This document shows, in pieces, positions 1 to 9,855 of a DNA stretch of 38,832 nt; position 1 is the first letter of the stretch; every line of letters begins with the position of its first letter. This DNA is from Chthoniobacterales bacterium (lineage in GTDB: Bacteria; Verrucomicrobiota; Verrucomicrobiia; Chthoniobacterales; UBA6821). The notes below the pieces were generated by a model. It saw nothing but the letters and a program-made list of their open reading frames with translations. It ran no database searches and was not told where the DNA came from. The translations under genes and the position numbers were made by a program. The stretch spans positions 1-38,832 of the forward strand of contig JBIRBD010000002.1 of the NCBI GenBank assembly GCA_044326465.1. Reading direction: 5' to 3'.

Positions 1-10
1 AAGCTAGGGT

Positions 11-30
11 ATCCGTTCATATGAACGGAT
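11..30. repeat. Perfect 20-bp palindrome ATCCGTTCATATGAACGGAT
   Basis: Read directly: the 10-nt arms are exact reverse complements. No flanking T-run, so it is not a classical terminator. Confidence 0.8.
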
Positions 31-32
31 CA

Positions 33-63
33 GTAAAGAGTAAAGAGTGAAGGGTAAAGAGTA
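33..63 (+). repeat. Tandem heptad array GTAAAGA GTAAAGA GTGAAGG GTAAAGA GTA (consensus GTRAAGR)
   Basis: Exact 7-nt phasing read from the sequence. Related arrays occur at 157-177 and 23859-23886 in the opposite orientation. Confidence 0.8.
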
Positions 64-156
64 TTTTTAGTCTGAAATTAGATTGATCATTTGAAATCCA
101 CTCTCATACGATCCGTCTTTAGAAAACAAGTCATAGAAAACTTTGTTTTTTCACAC

Positions 157-177
157 GCTTCACTCTTTACCCCTCAC
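157..177 (-). repeat. Heptad array, inverted copy (minus strand reads GTGAGGG GTAAAGA GTGAAGC)
   Basis: Plus strand reads gcttcac tctttac ccctcac. It forms an inverted pair with the 33-63 array, about 93 bp away. Confidence 0.7.
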
Positions 178-603
178 AAACGTTCTGCTGAACGGTTACT
201 ACTCTTTTTTGCCATTTATATTTTACAATTTTCCTAGAGCTTTGATTTCTTTTTTTCTGCCCCATAGCACAGTCTACGATGAAGGATTTCAACTTGAGCT
301 GTTTGATAAAATGAAGGTTTTTGGCAGAGAGATAATAGAAGAAGTAGTGATAATATTGTTTGTGCTTGCTGGATCTAATGAAGCATTCTGTGCGGGGTTT
401 TCATATTTTTCTTTTAAGAAAAAGAGCGATTTTAGTGTGTCTCGATAGACTTCTTAAATGATCTGGCTCATTGGCTTAGTAAAAGGAGGTATATTACTTT
501 CTACTTCTTGTATTAAGGTCATTAATGAGCTCTGTGCCTCTTGCGCAAAGGCGCTCTGAGGATCGGTGATGCCTAGTTTAGGTCTTTGCATCTCCTTGCC
601 AGC

Positions 604-677
604 TGCACTCGGCGGGAATCGAACCCACAACCTCTGCCTTCGGAGGGCAGCGCTCTATCCAGTTGAGCTACGAGTGC
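604..677 (-). tRNA. tRNA-Arg, anticodon CCG
   Basis: Minus strand folds as a 74-nt cloverleaf: GCACTCG-TA-GCTC-AACTGGATA-GAGC-G-CTGCC-CT CCG AA-GGCAG-AGGTT-GTGGG-TTCGATT-CCCGC-CGAGTGC-A. It has a 7-bp acceptor stem, a TTCGATT T-loop and a 7-nt anticodon loop with CCG. CCA is not encoded. Confidence 0.9.
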
Positions 678-927
678 GAACTAAGATTACAGACTCTAGG
701 CTATAGGCTAGAGATTGCAGAAGCTAAAAATTGGCCATTTATTAAATCAGAGGGGAATAAAAAATTCTGTCTGATTTTTATTTTGATCAGACTCTTCTTT
801 CTACAGTCTATATACTCGTCATGAATGAAGATAGCGGTTTTTGTTATCTCTCCTTATTTTCTCTAGCGGCGTTGTCATTGCTTGCGTTATAGTCGCATAG
901 CGCTTTTAGTCTCTAGCCTCTTTTATC

Positions 928-1929
928 ATGTCTCAAGAATATTTTCATCGTTTAATTATTGCTCCTGATGATGGTATCGAGCCGATCCAAAAAGCTATTC
1001 AATCAGCAGTCAAGACCCTCGATATAAAAATGTTTCAGTTTACCGAGCCTCGACTTATTGAGGAAGTCATCGTGGCGCATCGTCGTGGCGTGAAGGTTCG
1101 CGTGATGTTGAATCCATCGCGATTTACGGGAGAGCATGACAATGATGAGGCTTTTGCTATTTTTAAAAAAGCAGGTGTTGCTGTGGCTGATACCAATCCT
1201 AAATTTCCTATCACGCATGAAAAATCGATGGTAATTGATAGAAAGATCGCTTTTATTATGTCACTTAATTGGGCGCCAAAGTATTTTGGAGAGACTCGCG
1301 ATTATGGATTAATCACGACAAAGCCTTGTGAGGTTGAGGAGATAGCTGATTGTTTTAATGCTGATTGGCATCGCACTGATTTTATTCCTCCTGTAAAATC
1401 TCCTTTGATTTGGAGTGTTGGCAAAGCGCGTGATGAAGTGATTCAATTTATTCATTCTGCAAAAAAAACACTTTATATTCAGCATGAAAAATATGTTGAT
1501 ACACCCGTTATTGAAGCTTTAGTTGAAGCCAAAGCTAAAAAAGACCTTAAGATTCATGCGATGGCTCTTCCTGTGCATTCCTTGCGTGAGTTTTATCGAT
1601 TGGAAGGAATCGCAGGCATGAGGCTTCTAGCTAACCTTGGGATTCATGTTCGTAAACTCCGGGGGATTCATCTGCATGCAAAATTAATTATTGCAGATGA
1701 GGAGAGGGCTCTTTTGAGTTCCTTTAATTTTTATCCAAAATGTTTTAATGAGCGACGTGAGCTTGGTATTCGCTTTGATGATGCTCGTTTGATTTACCAA
1801 CTTGTTGATATATTCAAGGATGATTGGGAAAATTCTAAGAAAATGGATATTTCTGATCAAGGGATCGCTGCTGATTTAAAAGCCCACGAAGAAAAACTTA
1901 AAAAAACAATTCAAAAGAATAAATCATAA
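928..1929 (+). CDS. Phospholipase D / cardiolipin-synthase-like superfamily protein with two HKD motifs
   Basis: Two HxKxxxxD motifs: H-E-K-S-M-V-I-D and H-A-K-L-I-I-A-D. ATG start; 333 aa. Confidence 0.8.
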   Translation: MSQEYFHRLIIAPDDGIEPIQKAIQSAVKTLDIKMFQFTEPRLIEEVIVAHRRGVKVRVMLNPSRFTGEHDNDEAFAIFKKAGVAVADTNPKFPITHEKSMVIDRKIAFIMSLNWAPKYFGETRDYGLITTKPCEVEEIADCFNADWHRTDFIPPVKSPLIWSVGKARDEVIQFIHSAKKTLYIQHEKYVDTPVIEALVEAKAKKDLKIHAMALPVHSLREFYRLEGIAGMRLLANLGIHVRKLRGIHLHAKLIIADEERALLSSFNFYPKCFNERRELGIRFDDARLIYQLVDIFKDDWENSKKMDISDQGIAADLKAHEEKLKKTIQKNKS

Positions 1930-1938
1930 AAATTTATT

Positions 1939-2526
1939 GTGTCATCGTCTACCGCTAATGAACTTCTAGCAAACAATTCTTCGCCGCTAAAGCCAGCAAA
2001 AGTTAGCCTTTATGAGCTTGCCAAAACCTTTCTTTTTATTGGCATAACCAGTGTTGGTGGAGGCTTAACAGCTTATGTTCGCCGCATTATTGTCGAAAAT
2101 AAAGGCTGGCTCACAGACGAAGAATTTTTTCCTGGATTAGCTTTATGTCAGTTGCTACCAGGGGCAAATGTTGTCGGGCTTGCTCTTTATATTGGCTACC
2201 ATCTTTGTGGTGTTCGAGGAGCCATCGTCTCTACTATTTCTATTATTGCGCCTCCTGCATGTATTTTATTTGGGCTTGGCTATCTCTATTTTTCACTTGG
2301 ATCATTGCCATCAGTTGATGCCGTGCTTATTGGTGTTGCTGCTGTGGCCTGCGGATTGATGTCAAGCATGTTTATTGAGTCAGCAAAGGCATCGCTTAAA
2401 AACAGCTTCGACGTGTTGATTTTTCTTGCAACATTTTCATTAATAAAATTTGCGCATGTCCACGTTCCTTATGCGATTCTTCTCATGGCTCCAATAGCCA
2501 TTTGGCGTTACCGGCCAAGAAGTTAA
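1939..2526 (+). CDS. Chromate ion transporter (CHR) family, short-chain half 1
   Basis: Polytopic hydrophobic protein. Carries the CHR-type signature SVGGGLTAYV...GWLTDEEFFPGLALCQLLPGANV. GTG start. Paired with the next ORF, as in split CHR transporters. Confidence 0.75.
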   Translation: MSSSTANELLANNSSPLKPAKVSLYELAKTFLFIGITSVGGGLTAYVRRIIVENKGWLTDEEFFPGLALCQLLPGANVVGLALYIGYHLCGVRGAIVSTISIIAPPACILFGLGYLYFSLGSLPSVDAVLIGVAAVACGLMSSMFIESAKASLKNSFDVLIFLATFSLIKFAHVHVPYAILLMAPIAIWRYRPRS

Positions 2527-2532
2527 TTATCT

Positions 2533-3093
2533 ATGAATCAAATCTATCTCGCTCTTGCAAAGCTTTTTTCTTTCTTGTCATTATCTGCTTTTGGTGGAGG
2601 TAATGTTATTTTTCCAAGTATCCACCAAGTCGCGGTGAATCAGTATCACTGGATGACTGATCGACAATTCTTAGATGTTTTTAGTATTAGCAAAGCTGCT
2701 CCAGGACCGACAACCATGCTTGTGGAGCTTGTTGGGATGAAGGCTGTAGCCTTTCCTGGGGATGGTCATTTTCTATTTATCCCTGCTTTGATTGCAGCGG
2801 TGGTTTCGATTTTGGCAATTTTTATTCCAAGCTCAGTTTTACTCTTATTTGTCGTTAATGCTTGGAAAAAAATTCATGGTGCACCGTGGCAAGAGAGCAT
2901 TCAAAAAGCGCTGATGCCAATTACGTGCGGCCTTATTTTGGCTTCTACATGGATTGTCGCAAGGCCAGCAATAACAGGTTGGATTACCGGTTTCATAGCT
3001 CTGATCGGGCTCTATGTCATTTTTTATACAAAAATTAATCCGGTGCTGTTAATGCTTGTCGCAGGTTTTATGAGCTGGATGATTTGGAAATAA
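2533..3093 (+). CDS. Chromate ion transporter (CHR) family, short-chain half 2
   Basis: Hydrophobic, with SAFGGGNVIFPSIHQ...WMTDRQFLDVFSISKAAPGPTT. Lies 6 nt after half 1. Confidence 0.75.
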   Translation: MNQIYLALAKLFSFLSLSAFGGGNVIFPSIHQVAVNQYHWMTDRQFLDVFSISKAAPGPTTMLVELVGMKAVAFPGDGHFLFIPALIAAVVSILAIFIPSSVLLLFVVNAWKKIHGAPWQESIQKALMPITCGLILASTWIVARPAITGWITGFIALIGLYVIFYTKINPVLLMLVAGFMSWMIWK

Positions 3094-3353
3094 AAAATTT
3101 CAAATTCGGCCGTTTTTAGGAGGGATAATGAGGCCAACAGCGAGATCAACAACATTTCCTCGAGAAATAAACTCTCGGAATTCTTTAATAATGCGAGAGG
3201 ATATAATGTCAAATTGTCTGCCAAAACAGTATTTCGACAAGATTTCTTTAAAAAAGTTCTTGCTATTACTAGAAAGATTGATTTACATTCTCATCTCTTT
3301 TCGCCAAGTTGTGGCGATTAAATTTCACCCTATTTTTAAGAACCACAAGTTCC

Positions 3354-3779
3354 ATGGCTAAAGAAATCGTAGCTAAAATTAAATTGCAAATTCCCGCAGG
3401 AGCGGCTAATCCAGCGCCTCCCGTAGGTCCTGCTCTTGGTCAACAAGGTGTCAATATCATGGCATTTTGTAAGGAATTTAATGCCACCACACAAAAGCAA
3501 GCGGGTGATATTTTGCCTGTAGTGATTACTGTTTACAAAGATAAGAGTTTTACTTTTATTACCAAATCGCCGCCGGCTGGGATTTTGCTCAAAAAAGCTG
3601 CCAATATTGCTTCTGGATCCAAAGAGCCTAATAAAATTAAAGTTGCTAAGCTTACAAAAAAGCAAGTTATGGATGTTGTTAAGATCAAAATAAACGATAT
3701 GAATACAAAGTCCGACGAGGCTGCTTTTCGTACGCTCTGTGGAACGGCTCGTCAAATGGGCATCGAAATAGAGTCCTAA
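3354..3779 (+). CDS. rplK: 50S ribosomal protein L11
   Basis: [43 protein letters not shown] is a canonical L11 N-terminus. The true start is the ATG at 3354, inside the longer 3309 track ORF. Confidence 0.96.
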   Translation: MAKEIVAKIKLQIPAGAANPAPPVGPALGQQGVNIMAFCKEFNATTQKQAGDILPVVITVYKDKSFTFITKSPPAGILLKKAANIASGSKEPNKIKVAKLTKKQVMDVVKIKINDMNTKSDEAAFRTLCGTARQMGIEIES

Positions 3780-3851
3780 TTAACGTATAGCGCATTTTAT
3801 TAAATACCACCAACCGCAGGAGATTTTACTATCGCTTGTACTGCTTTTATC

Positions 3852-4571
3852 ATGATTAAAAATAGCAACCAAAAACATAGCAAGCGGTATCGTGCCGCTA
3901 ATATTCTTATTGAGTCAGGAAAGAAATATCAACTTCCTGAAGCTCTAAAGCTTCTTCAGGCAATGCCTGCAACAAAGTTTGATCAGACGGTGACTCTTTC
4001 CATTCGGCTTGGAGTTGACCCTAAACAAAGTGATCAAATGGTTCGTGGCACATGTCCTCTTCCTCATGGGAGTGGAAAGAATGTTCGTGTGCTTGTTTTT
4101 GCTGCAGGTGTTGCAGCTGCCGCTGCTCGGGAGGCAGGCGCTGAATATGTCGGTTACGAAGACATGATCAAAAAATGTCAAGATGGTTTCTCTGATTTTG
4201 ATGTGGCTATTGCTACTCCTGCGGCTATGACGGAAGTAAGAAAGCTCGGAAAAGTGCTTGGTCCCCGTGGCCTCATGCCTAATCCTAAAACAGGAACGGT
4301 TAGTGACGATACAGCACAAGCGGTTAGGGAAGTCAAAGCTGGACGTGTTGAGTTTAAGCTTGATAAAAATGGAAATGTTGCGATTCCTGTTGGGAAATTT
4401 TCATTTCCTCTGGAGCATCTTGTTGATAATGCTTCTGACGTTATTAACGCCGTTGTTAAATCTCGTCCAGCAAGCGCTAAGGGTTCGTTTGTTGAAGCGA
4501 TAACACTAGCTGCGACGATGCTTCCTGGAGTGAGGGTTGATGCGTCTCCATTTTTAAAACAAGCAAGGTAA
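3852..4571 (+). CDS. rplA: 50S ribosomal protein L1
   Basis: 239 aa with [35 protein letters not shown], a canonical L1 signature. Position after rplK fits. Confidence 0.95.
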   Translation: MIKNSNQKHSKRYRAANILIESGKKYQLPEALKLLQAMPATKFDQTVTLSIRLGVDPKQSDQMVRGTCPLPHGSGKNVRVLVFAAGVAAAAAREAGAEYVGYEDMIKKCQDGFSDFDVAIATPAAMTEVRKLGKVLGPRGLMPNPKTGTVSDDTAQAVREVKAGRVEFKLDKNGNVAIPVGKFSFPLEHLVDNASDVINAVVKSRPASAKGSFVEAITLAATMLPGVRVDASPFLKQAR

Positions 4572-4589
4572 AAAATAAGTTAAATTTCT

Positions 4590-5105
4590 ATGAGACCAGA
4601 AAAATCTACCATTGTTGATGACATTAAGTTCAAGCTTAATGCTTCGCCATTCCTTATTCTTATTGAGTATAGCGGTATGAATGTGATTCATTTTTCTGAA
4701 TTGCGTAATCGCCTCTTTGCAGTTGGTGCTTCTTGCTCTGTTGTTAAAAATACCTTTCTAAAGCGTGCATTAAAAGATGCAGGCCTGGTTGCTCTCGATG
4801 AACATCTCACTGGGCAAACAGCGTTAATAGCAGGAGAACGTGATGTTTGCTCCGCTGCGAAAGCACTTAAAACATTTGCTGATGAGTTTAAGAAACCAAC
4901 TCTTCGCGCTGGTATTTTAGACAATGATCTTCTTTCTGTTGAGCAGATTATGGCATTGGCGACACTTCCCTCTAAAGAAATACTCCAGGCTCAACTGCTT
5001 GGGCTTATGCTCATGCCTGCAACAAAACTTGTTCGTACTCTTAACGAGCCAGCAGCAAGTCTTGCAAGAGTTCTTTCGGCAAAGGCAAAAACGTTGGAAG
5101 ATTGA
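4590..5105 (+). CDS. rplJ: 50S ribosomal protein L10
   Basis: 171 aa. L10-like sequence and position; only 18 nt after rplA. Confidence 0.9.
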   Translation: MRPEKSTIVDDIKFKLNASPFLILIEYSGMNVIHFSELRNRLFAVGASCSVVKNTFLKRALKDAGLVALDEHLTGQTALIAGERDVCSAAKALKTFADEFKKPTLRAGILDNDLLSVEQIMALATLPSKEILQAQLLGLMLMPATKLVRTLNEPAASLARVLSAKAKTLED

Positions 5106-5299
5106 TAATAAAGTTGACCAAAACTAGAGTATCAAATTCATCCTGTTTTTTTAAATAATAACCATAACAATTTTCTCCTGAAGTACAAAGTGACGACGGG
5201 TGATAAAACAACTAACACGATGTTTCGTCGGATCAGCAGCTGCTGATTTGAAATGTTCTGAGGCTTCAGAGCGCGACGGCATCACAGTCCCAATATATT

Positions 5300-5677
5300 A
5301 TGTCAGATAATCAAGCTATCGTAGATCAACTCAGTAATCTCACTGTCCTTCAAATTGCTGATCTTGTTAAATCCCTTGAGGAAAAATGGGGTGTCAGTGC
5401 TGCTGCACCTGTTGCCGTTGTCGCTCCTGGTGCTGCTGCCGCTGCTGCTCCTGTTGAAGAGAAGACAGCCTTCACTGTCATTCTCACCGATATTGGAAGC
5501 AATAAGATCGGTGTTATTAAAGAAGTTCGTGCTGCTGTTCCAGGACTTGGTCTTGCTGAGGCAAAGGCTCTTGTCGAAAGTGCTCCTAAGTCAATCAAAG
5601 AAGGTGCAACAAAAGAAGAAGCAGAGGAAATTAAAAAGAAGATCGAGGCTGCTGGAGCCAAGATCGAAATTAAGTAA
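5300..5677 (+). CDS. rplL: 50S ribosomal protein L7/L12
   Basis: 125 aa with an Ala/Pro hinge ([21 protein letters not shown]). C-terminal domain reads [29 protein letters not shown]...[13 protein letters not shown]. Confidence 0.96.
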   Translation: MSDNQAIVDQLSNLTVLQIADLVKSLEEKWGVSAAAPVAVVAPGAAAAAAPVEEKTAFTVILTDIGSNKIGVIKEVRAAVPGLGLAEAKALVESAPKSIKEGATKEEAEEIKKKIEAAGAKIEIK

Positions 5678-5991
5678 TTTTCAAATCCAGGCTGGTTGTT
5701 GTGTTAATCATAAAAATATTTTTTCTATGATTGACACAGCGGCCGGAATGTTTTTCAGTAACACCCATCCTTTTTAAAAATCTGCATCCCCTTTTGTCCA
5801 TTTGCGACAGCCTTCTGACACATAGGAGTGCCTTTTTTATTCTATGGCTGGGATTTTCCATTTTTAACTACTGGCATTTATTGGCCAACATCATTTTTTC
5901 ATTCCTTATTAACCTCAGCTAATAAGGATATGAATAAATCTCACGTTACTCCTCAATTTTTAGGATACAACATCTAGCGATACATTGATCT

Positions 5992-8900
5992 ATGTCTGAA
6001 CGCATCTATTTTGGAAAACTCAATGAGGTGATCGATCCTCCAAACTTAATTGAATTGCAAATTAAGTCCTACGAAGAATTTTTTCAAAAAGGAATTGATC
6101 CTCTAAAGCGCCGAGATGTTGGTTTGCAGGCTGTTTTTCGCGAATTTTTTCCCATTTATGGGTTTGAAGAGAAATCAAACCTTGATTTTGTTAGTTATCA
6201 TCTCGATGAGCCAAAAATTGGACCTATTGATTCACAGTTGGAAGGTTTAACATACAGTGCACCTCTTTATGTAACTTTTCGCTATAAAGACGAAAAAGTC
6301 ACAAAGGAAGAAAAAGTTTATATGGGAGAAATTCCTCTCATGACCCCGCAAGGAACTTTTATTGTCAATGGAGCAGAGCGTGTTGTAGTCAGTCAGCTTC
6401 ATCGTTCGCCAGGTATTAGCTTTGAAACTGATGTCCACCTTAATGGCAAGTTGCTTCAAGGATTTCGCATTATTCCTGATCGTGGTTCTTGGATTGAAAT
6501 TCAATTTGATACAAATGATCTTCTTTATGTTTATCTTGATCGCAGGAAGCGTCGGCGCAAATTTTTAGCTACAACCTTTCTTCGTGCTCTTGGATATCCG
6601 AGCGATGAAGAAGTTGCTGGACTTTTCTATAAAATTGAGAGTCTTAAACTCACTTCCAAATTAAATGAAGAAGAGATTAGCACTAAAATTCTTTTGCAAG
6701 ATTACACAGAAGGTGACAATACTATTGCTCGCGCCTATGAGCCATTAACCTTAGCTGTTATACGCGAGTTGATTCAGGCAAAGGTTACGACCGTTAAAGT
6801 GGTTGATACTAAGGAAGATGATACTATTGTTAAATCCTTAAAGCGCGATCCTGCTCACGATGAAGATGAGGCTTTAAAAGATATTTATCGCAAACTCCGC
6901 CCTGGAGATCCTCCAACAGTCCAGAACGCTCGAGGAATGCTTAAGAGACTCTTTTTTGATGCGAAGCGATACGATCTAGGGCGTGTTGGTCGTCATAAAA
7001 TTCAGCAGAAACTAGGTCTAAAGGTAGAATCCAATGATCGTCTTCTCTGTAAGGAAGACATTGTTGAAGCGATGCGCTATCTTCTCAAATTACGTCGAGG
7101 TGAAGGAATGATCGACGATATTGATCACCTCGGTAGCCGTCGTGTACGTACTGTTGGTGAGCTTTTAGCAAATCAATGTCGTGTTGGTCTTTCTCGTACA
7201 GAACGCCTTGTTCGTGAGCGTATGGCGCTTTATGATCCGGCTGTTGATCATATCACCCCACAGAAACTAATTAATCCAAAATCACTGAGTGCTGTAATTC
7301 GTGACTTTTTTGGACGTTCCCAGCTGAGTCAGTTCATGGATCAAACGAATCCGCTCTCAGAACTCACTCATAAAAGACGTCTTTCTGCTCTTGGGCCAGG
7401 AGGATTGAGTCGTGAACGTGCCGGATTTGAAGTGCGAGATGTTCATCCTTCTCACTACGGTCGCATTTGTCCCATTGAAACACCTGAAGGTCCTAATATT
7501 GGACTTATTAGTTCGTTGAGTACTTTCGCGCGTGTTAATGATTTTGGATTTATTGAGACTCCTTACCGTAAAGTTGTTAAGGGACTAGTTACCAATGAAA
7601 TTGTTTATCAAACAGGTGACCAAGATGAAAACTTTTACATTGCACAGGCAAATTCTCCTATTAATGCTCAAGGAAAATTCTTAGGCAGCACCGTTTCAGC
7701 ACGTTATCGCGGTGATTCTGTCGAGGTTGAGCCAGGAAAAATAGAATACATGGATGTTTCTCCAAAACAGCTTGTATCTGTGGCTGCTGGATTGATTCCG
7801 TTCCTGGAACATGATGATGCTAATCGTGCGCTGATGGGTTCTAACATGCAACGCCAAGGTGTTCCTTTGCTTGTTTCTGATGCTCCGATTATTGGAACAG
7901 GTCTAGAAGCACGTGTCGCACGTGACTCAAAAGCAGTTATTCTTTCTGAAACCAATGGTAAGATTGCATCAGTTGATGCATTGCGCATTGTTGTTACAAA
8001 AAATGGCGAGCTTCCTGAAGGAAAAAAGAAAGTAAAACATTCTCCAGAGAATGGAGTGTATGTCTATGAGCTGCGTAAGTTCATGCGTTCAAATAGTAGC
8101 ACATGCATCAATCAGCATCCTATTGTTAAGAAAGGCCAGTCCGTTAAAGCAGGAGATGTTTTAGCAGATGGACCAAATACTGACAAGGGAGAGTTGGCAT
8201 TGGGACGCAATGTTCTCGTGGCATTCATGCCATGGAATGGTTACAACTTTGAAGATGCTATCATGATTTCAGAGCGAGTAGTCAAAGAAGATATCTATAC
8301 TTCAATTCACATCGATGAATTTGAAATAGGCGCTCGTGATACAAAGCTTGGACCAGAGGAAATTACTCGAGATATTCCTAATGTTAGTGAGGAAGCGCTG
8401 CAAAACCTTGGTCCAGACGGTGTTATTCGTATTGGCGCGGAGATTAAACCAGGCGATATTCTCGTCGGTAAAATTACACCTAAGAGCGAAACCGAGTTGG
8501 CTCCTGAAGAGCGCCTGTTGCGTGCTATCTTTGGTGAAAAAGCTGCGGATGTACGTGATACTTCTCTCACCGTTCCTTCGGGAACATATGGTATTGTAAT
8601 GGATGTTCGCGTCTCTTCTAAAAAGGAGATTACAAAAATCAAAGTTACACCGTTAGAAGCCAAGCGTCAGCTGAAGGCAATACAAGACGATCATAAAAAA
8701 CGAAAGGAAGAGCTTTATGAGCTTCTTACAGAAGGTCTTTCTAATGTTCTCTTAGGTGAAAAAATTCCGCTTGATGTTGTTAATGGACAAACTGGAGAGA
8801 TAATTATCCCAGCCAATCGCAAAATTACTAAAATGCTTTTGCGAAAACTTGCAAGCGTCTATGATCATGTCGAAATTGATCCAAGCCCTATTCGGAATAA

Positions 8901-9789
8901 AATCAGAGAAATTATTGGTCAGTTTGAGCACCGATTTGCCGATCTTCAAAACGAAAAAGATGAAAATCTTGGACGTATTGAAAGTGGTGATGATGTAGAT
9001 CCTGGAATTATCAAACAAGTCAAAGTCTATATTGCAAGCAAACGAAAATTGAGTGTTGGAGATAAAATGGCAGGACGCCATGGAAATAAAGGTGTTGTTG
9101 CTAAGATTGTTCCAGAAGAAGATATGCCTTACTTGGCTGATGGAACGCCTGTTGACATTGTCCTTAATCCTCTGGGTGTTCCTAGTCGTATGAATGTGGG
9201 GCAAGTTTTAGAAACGCATCTTGGCATTGCAGCAAAAGCACTTGGATTTAAGGTAGCGACGCCTGTATTTGATGGTATTCCTGAACAGCGTATCCGTGAA
9301 TATCTCAAGGAGGCTAGCAAGAAAGAGGGCTTTTCTTGGATTCAAGAAAATGGAAAGTCAGTGCTTTACAATGGTCTTACAGGAGAGGCATTCGATCAAG
9401 AAGTTGTGGTTGGTATCATCTATATGTTGAAACTTGGCCACTTAGTTGCTGATAAAATTCATGCACGTGCTGTTGGCCCTTATTCTTTAGTTACTCAGCA
9501 GCCACTTGGTGGTAAAGCGCAGTACGGAGGACAACGTTTTGGAGAAATGGAAGTTTGGGCGCTACAGGCCTATGGTGCTGCTTATACATTACAAGAATTA
9601 CTCACGGTAAAATCAGATGATGTTCAAGGACGGACTCGTATTTACGAAAGCATTGTAAAGGGAGATAACTCTCTTGAAGCAGGCATTCCTGAATCTTTTA
9701 ATGTTCTCATTAAAGAAATGCAAGGTCTTTGTCTTGATGTTTGTGTAGGCAAAAAAGATGGCCCTCGTGCGTTTATTGATCTTGCCTAA
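5992..9789 (+). CDS. rpoB: DNA-directed RNA polymerase beta subunit
   Basis: 1265 aa with conserved blocks [40 protein letters not shown] and [13 protein letters not shown]. Confidence 0.98.
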   Translation: MSERIYFGKLNEVIDPPNLIELQIKSYEEFFQKGIDPLKRRDVGLQAVFREFFPIYGFEEKSNLDFVSYHLDEPKIGPIDSQLEGLTYSAPLYVTFRYKDEKVTKEEKVYMGEIPLMTPQGTFIVNGAERVVVSQLHRSPGISFETDVHLNGKLLQGFRIIPDRGSWIEIQFDTNDLLYVYLDRRKRRRKFLATTFLRALGYPSDEEVAGLFYKIESLKLTSKLNEEEISTKILLQDYTEGDNTIARAYEPLTLAVIRELIQAKVTTVKVVDTKEDDTIVKSLKRDPAHDEDEALKDIYRKLRPGDPPTVQNARGMLKRLFFDAKRYDLGRVGRHKIQQKLGLKVESNDRLLCKEDIVEAMRYLLKLRRGEGMIDDIDHLGSRRVRTVGELLANQCRVGLSRTERLVRERMALYDPAVDHITPQKLINPKSLSAVIRDFFGRSQLSQFMDQTNPLSELTHKRRLSALGPGGLSRERAGFEVRDVHPSHYGRICPIETPEGPNIGLISSLSTFARVNDFGFIETPYRKVVKGLVTNEIVYQTGDQDENFYIAQANSPINAQGKFLGSTVSARYRGDSVEVEPGKIEYMDVSPKQLVSVAAGLIPFLEHDDANRALMGSNMQRQGVPLLVSDAPIIGTGLEARVARDSKAVILSETNGKIASVDALRIVVTKNGELPEGKKKVKHSPENGVYVYELRKFMRSNSSTCINQHPIVKKGQSVKAGDVLADGPNTDKGELALGRNVLVAFMPWNGYNFEDAIMISERVVKEDIYTSIHIDEFEIGARDTKLGPEEITRDIPNVSEEALQNLGPDGVIRIGAEIKPGDILVGKITPKSETELAPEERLLRAIFGEKAADVRDTSLTVPSGTYGIVMDVRVSSKKEITKIKVTPLEAKRQLKAIQDDHKKRKEELYELLTEGLSNVLLGEKIPLDVVNGQTGEIIIPANRKITKMLLRKLASVYDHVEIDPSPIRNKIREIIGQFEHRFADLQNEKDENLGRIESGDDVDPGIIKQVKVYIASKRKLSVGDKMAGRHGNKGVVAKIVPEEDMPYLADGTPVDIVLNPLGVPSRMNVGQVLETHLGIAAKALGFKVATPVFDGIPEQRIREYLKEASKKEGFSWIQENGKSVLYNGLTGEAFDQEVVVGIIYMLKLGHLVADKIHARAVGPYSLVTQQPLGGKAQYGGQRFGEMEVWALQAYGAAYTLQELLTVKSDDVQGRTRIYESIVKGDNSLEAGIPESFNVLIKEMQGLCLDVCVGKKDGPRAFIDLA

Positions 9790-9855
9790 ACCTTATAATA
9801 ACAGCCTCAGTTAATACTGATTTATTGTCCTAAAAGACACACTTAGAAGCTAGCT

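Noticed and set aside
143-448. 101-aa ORF in the tRNA flank
   Set aside because: It has a non-ATG start and its 5-prime end is made of the heptad repeat. The composition is Phe/Leu-rich as expected from AT-rich non-coding DNA, and no motif was recognised.
3309-3353. N-terminal extension of the rplK track ORF
   Set aside because: The canonical L11 N-terminus [12 protein letters not shown] begins at the ATG at 3354. The extension is not L11-like.
3128-3361. 77-aa ORF upstream of rplK, considered as a possible secE or nusG remnant
   Set aside because: It has no SecE-like transmembrane helix pattern and no NusG KOW/NGN motifs. It overlaps the rplK start and is most likely leader DNA.
5350-5777. 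Overlapping 103-aa (minus) and 140-aa (plus) ORFs across rplL
   Set aside because: These are shadow frames of the GCT/GCA-rich L7/L12 gene. Their translations are low-complexity Leu/Ala strings.
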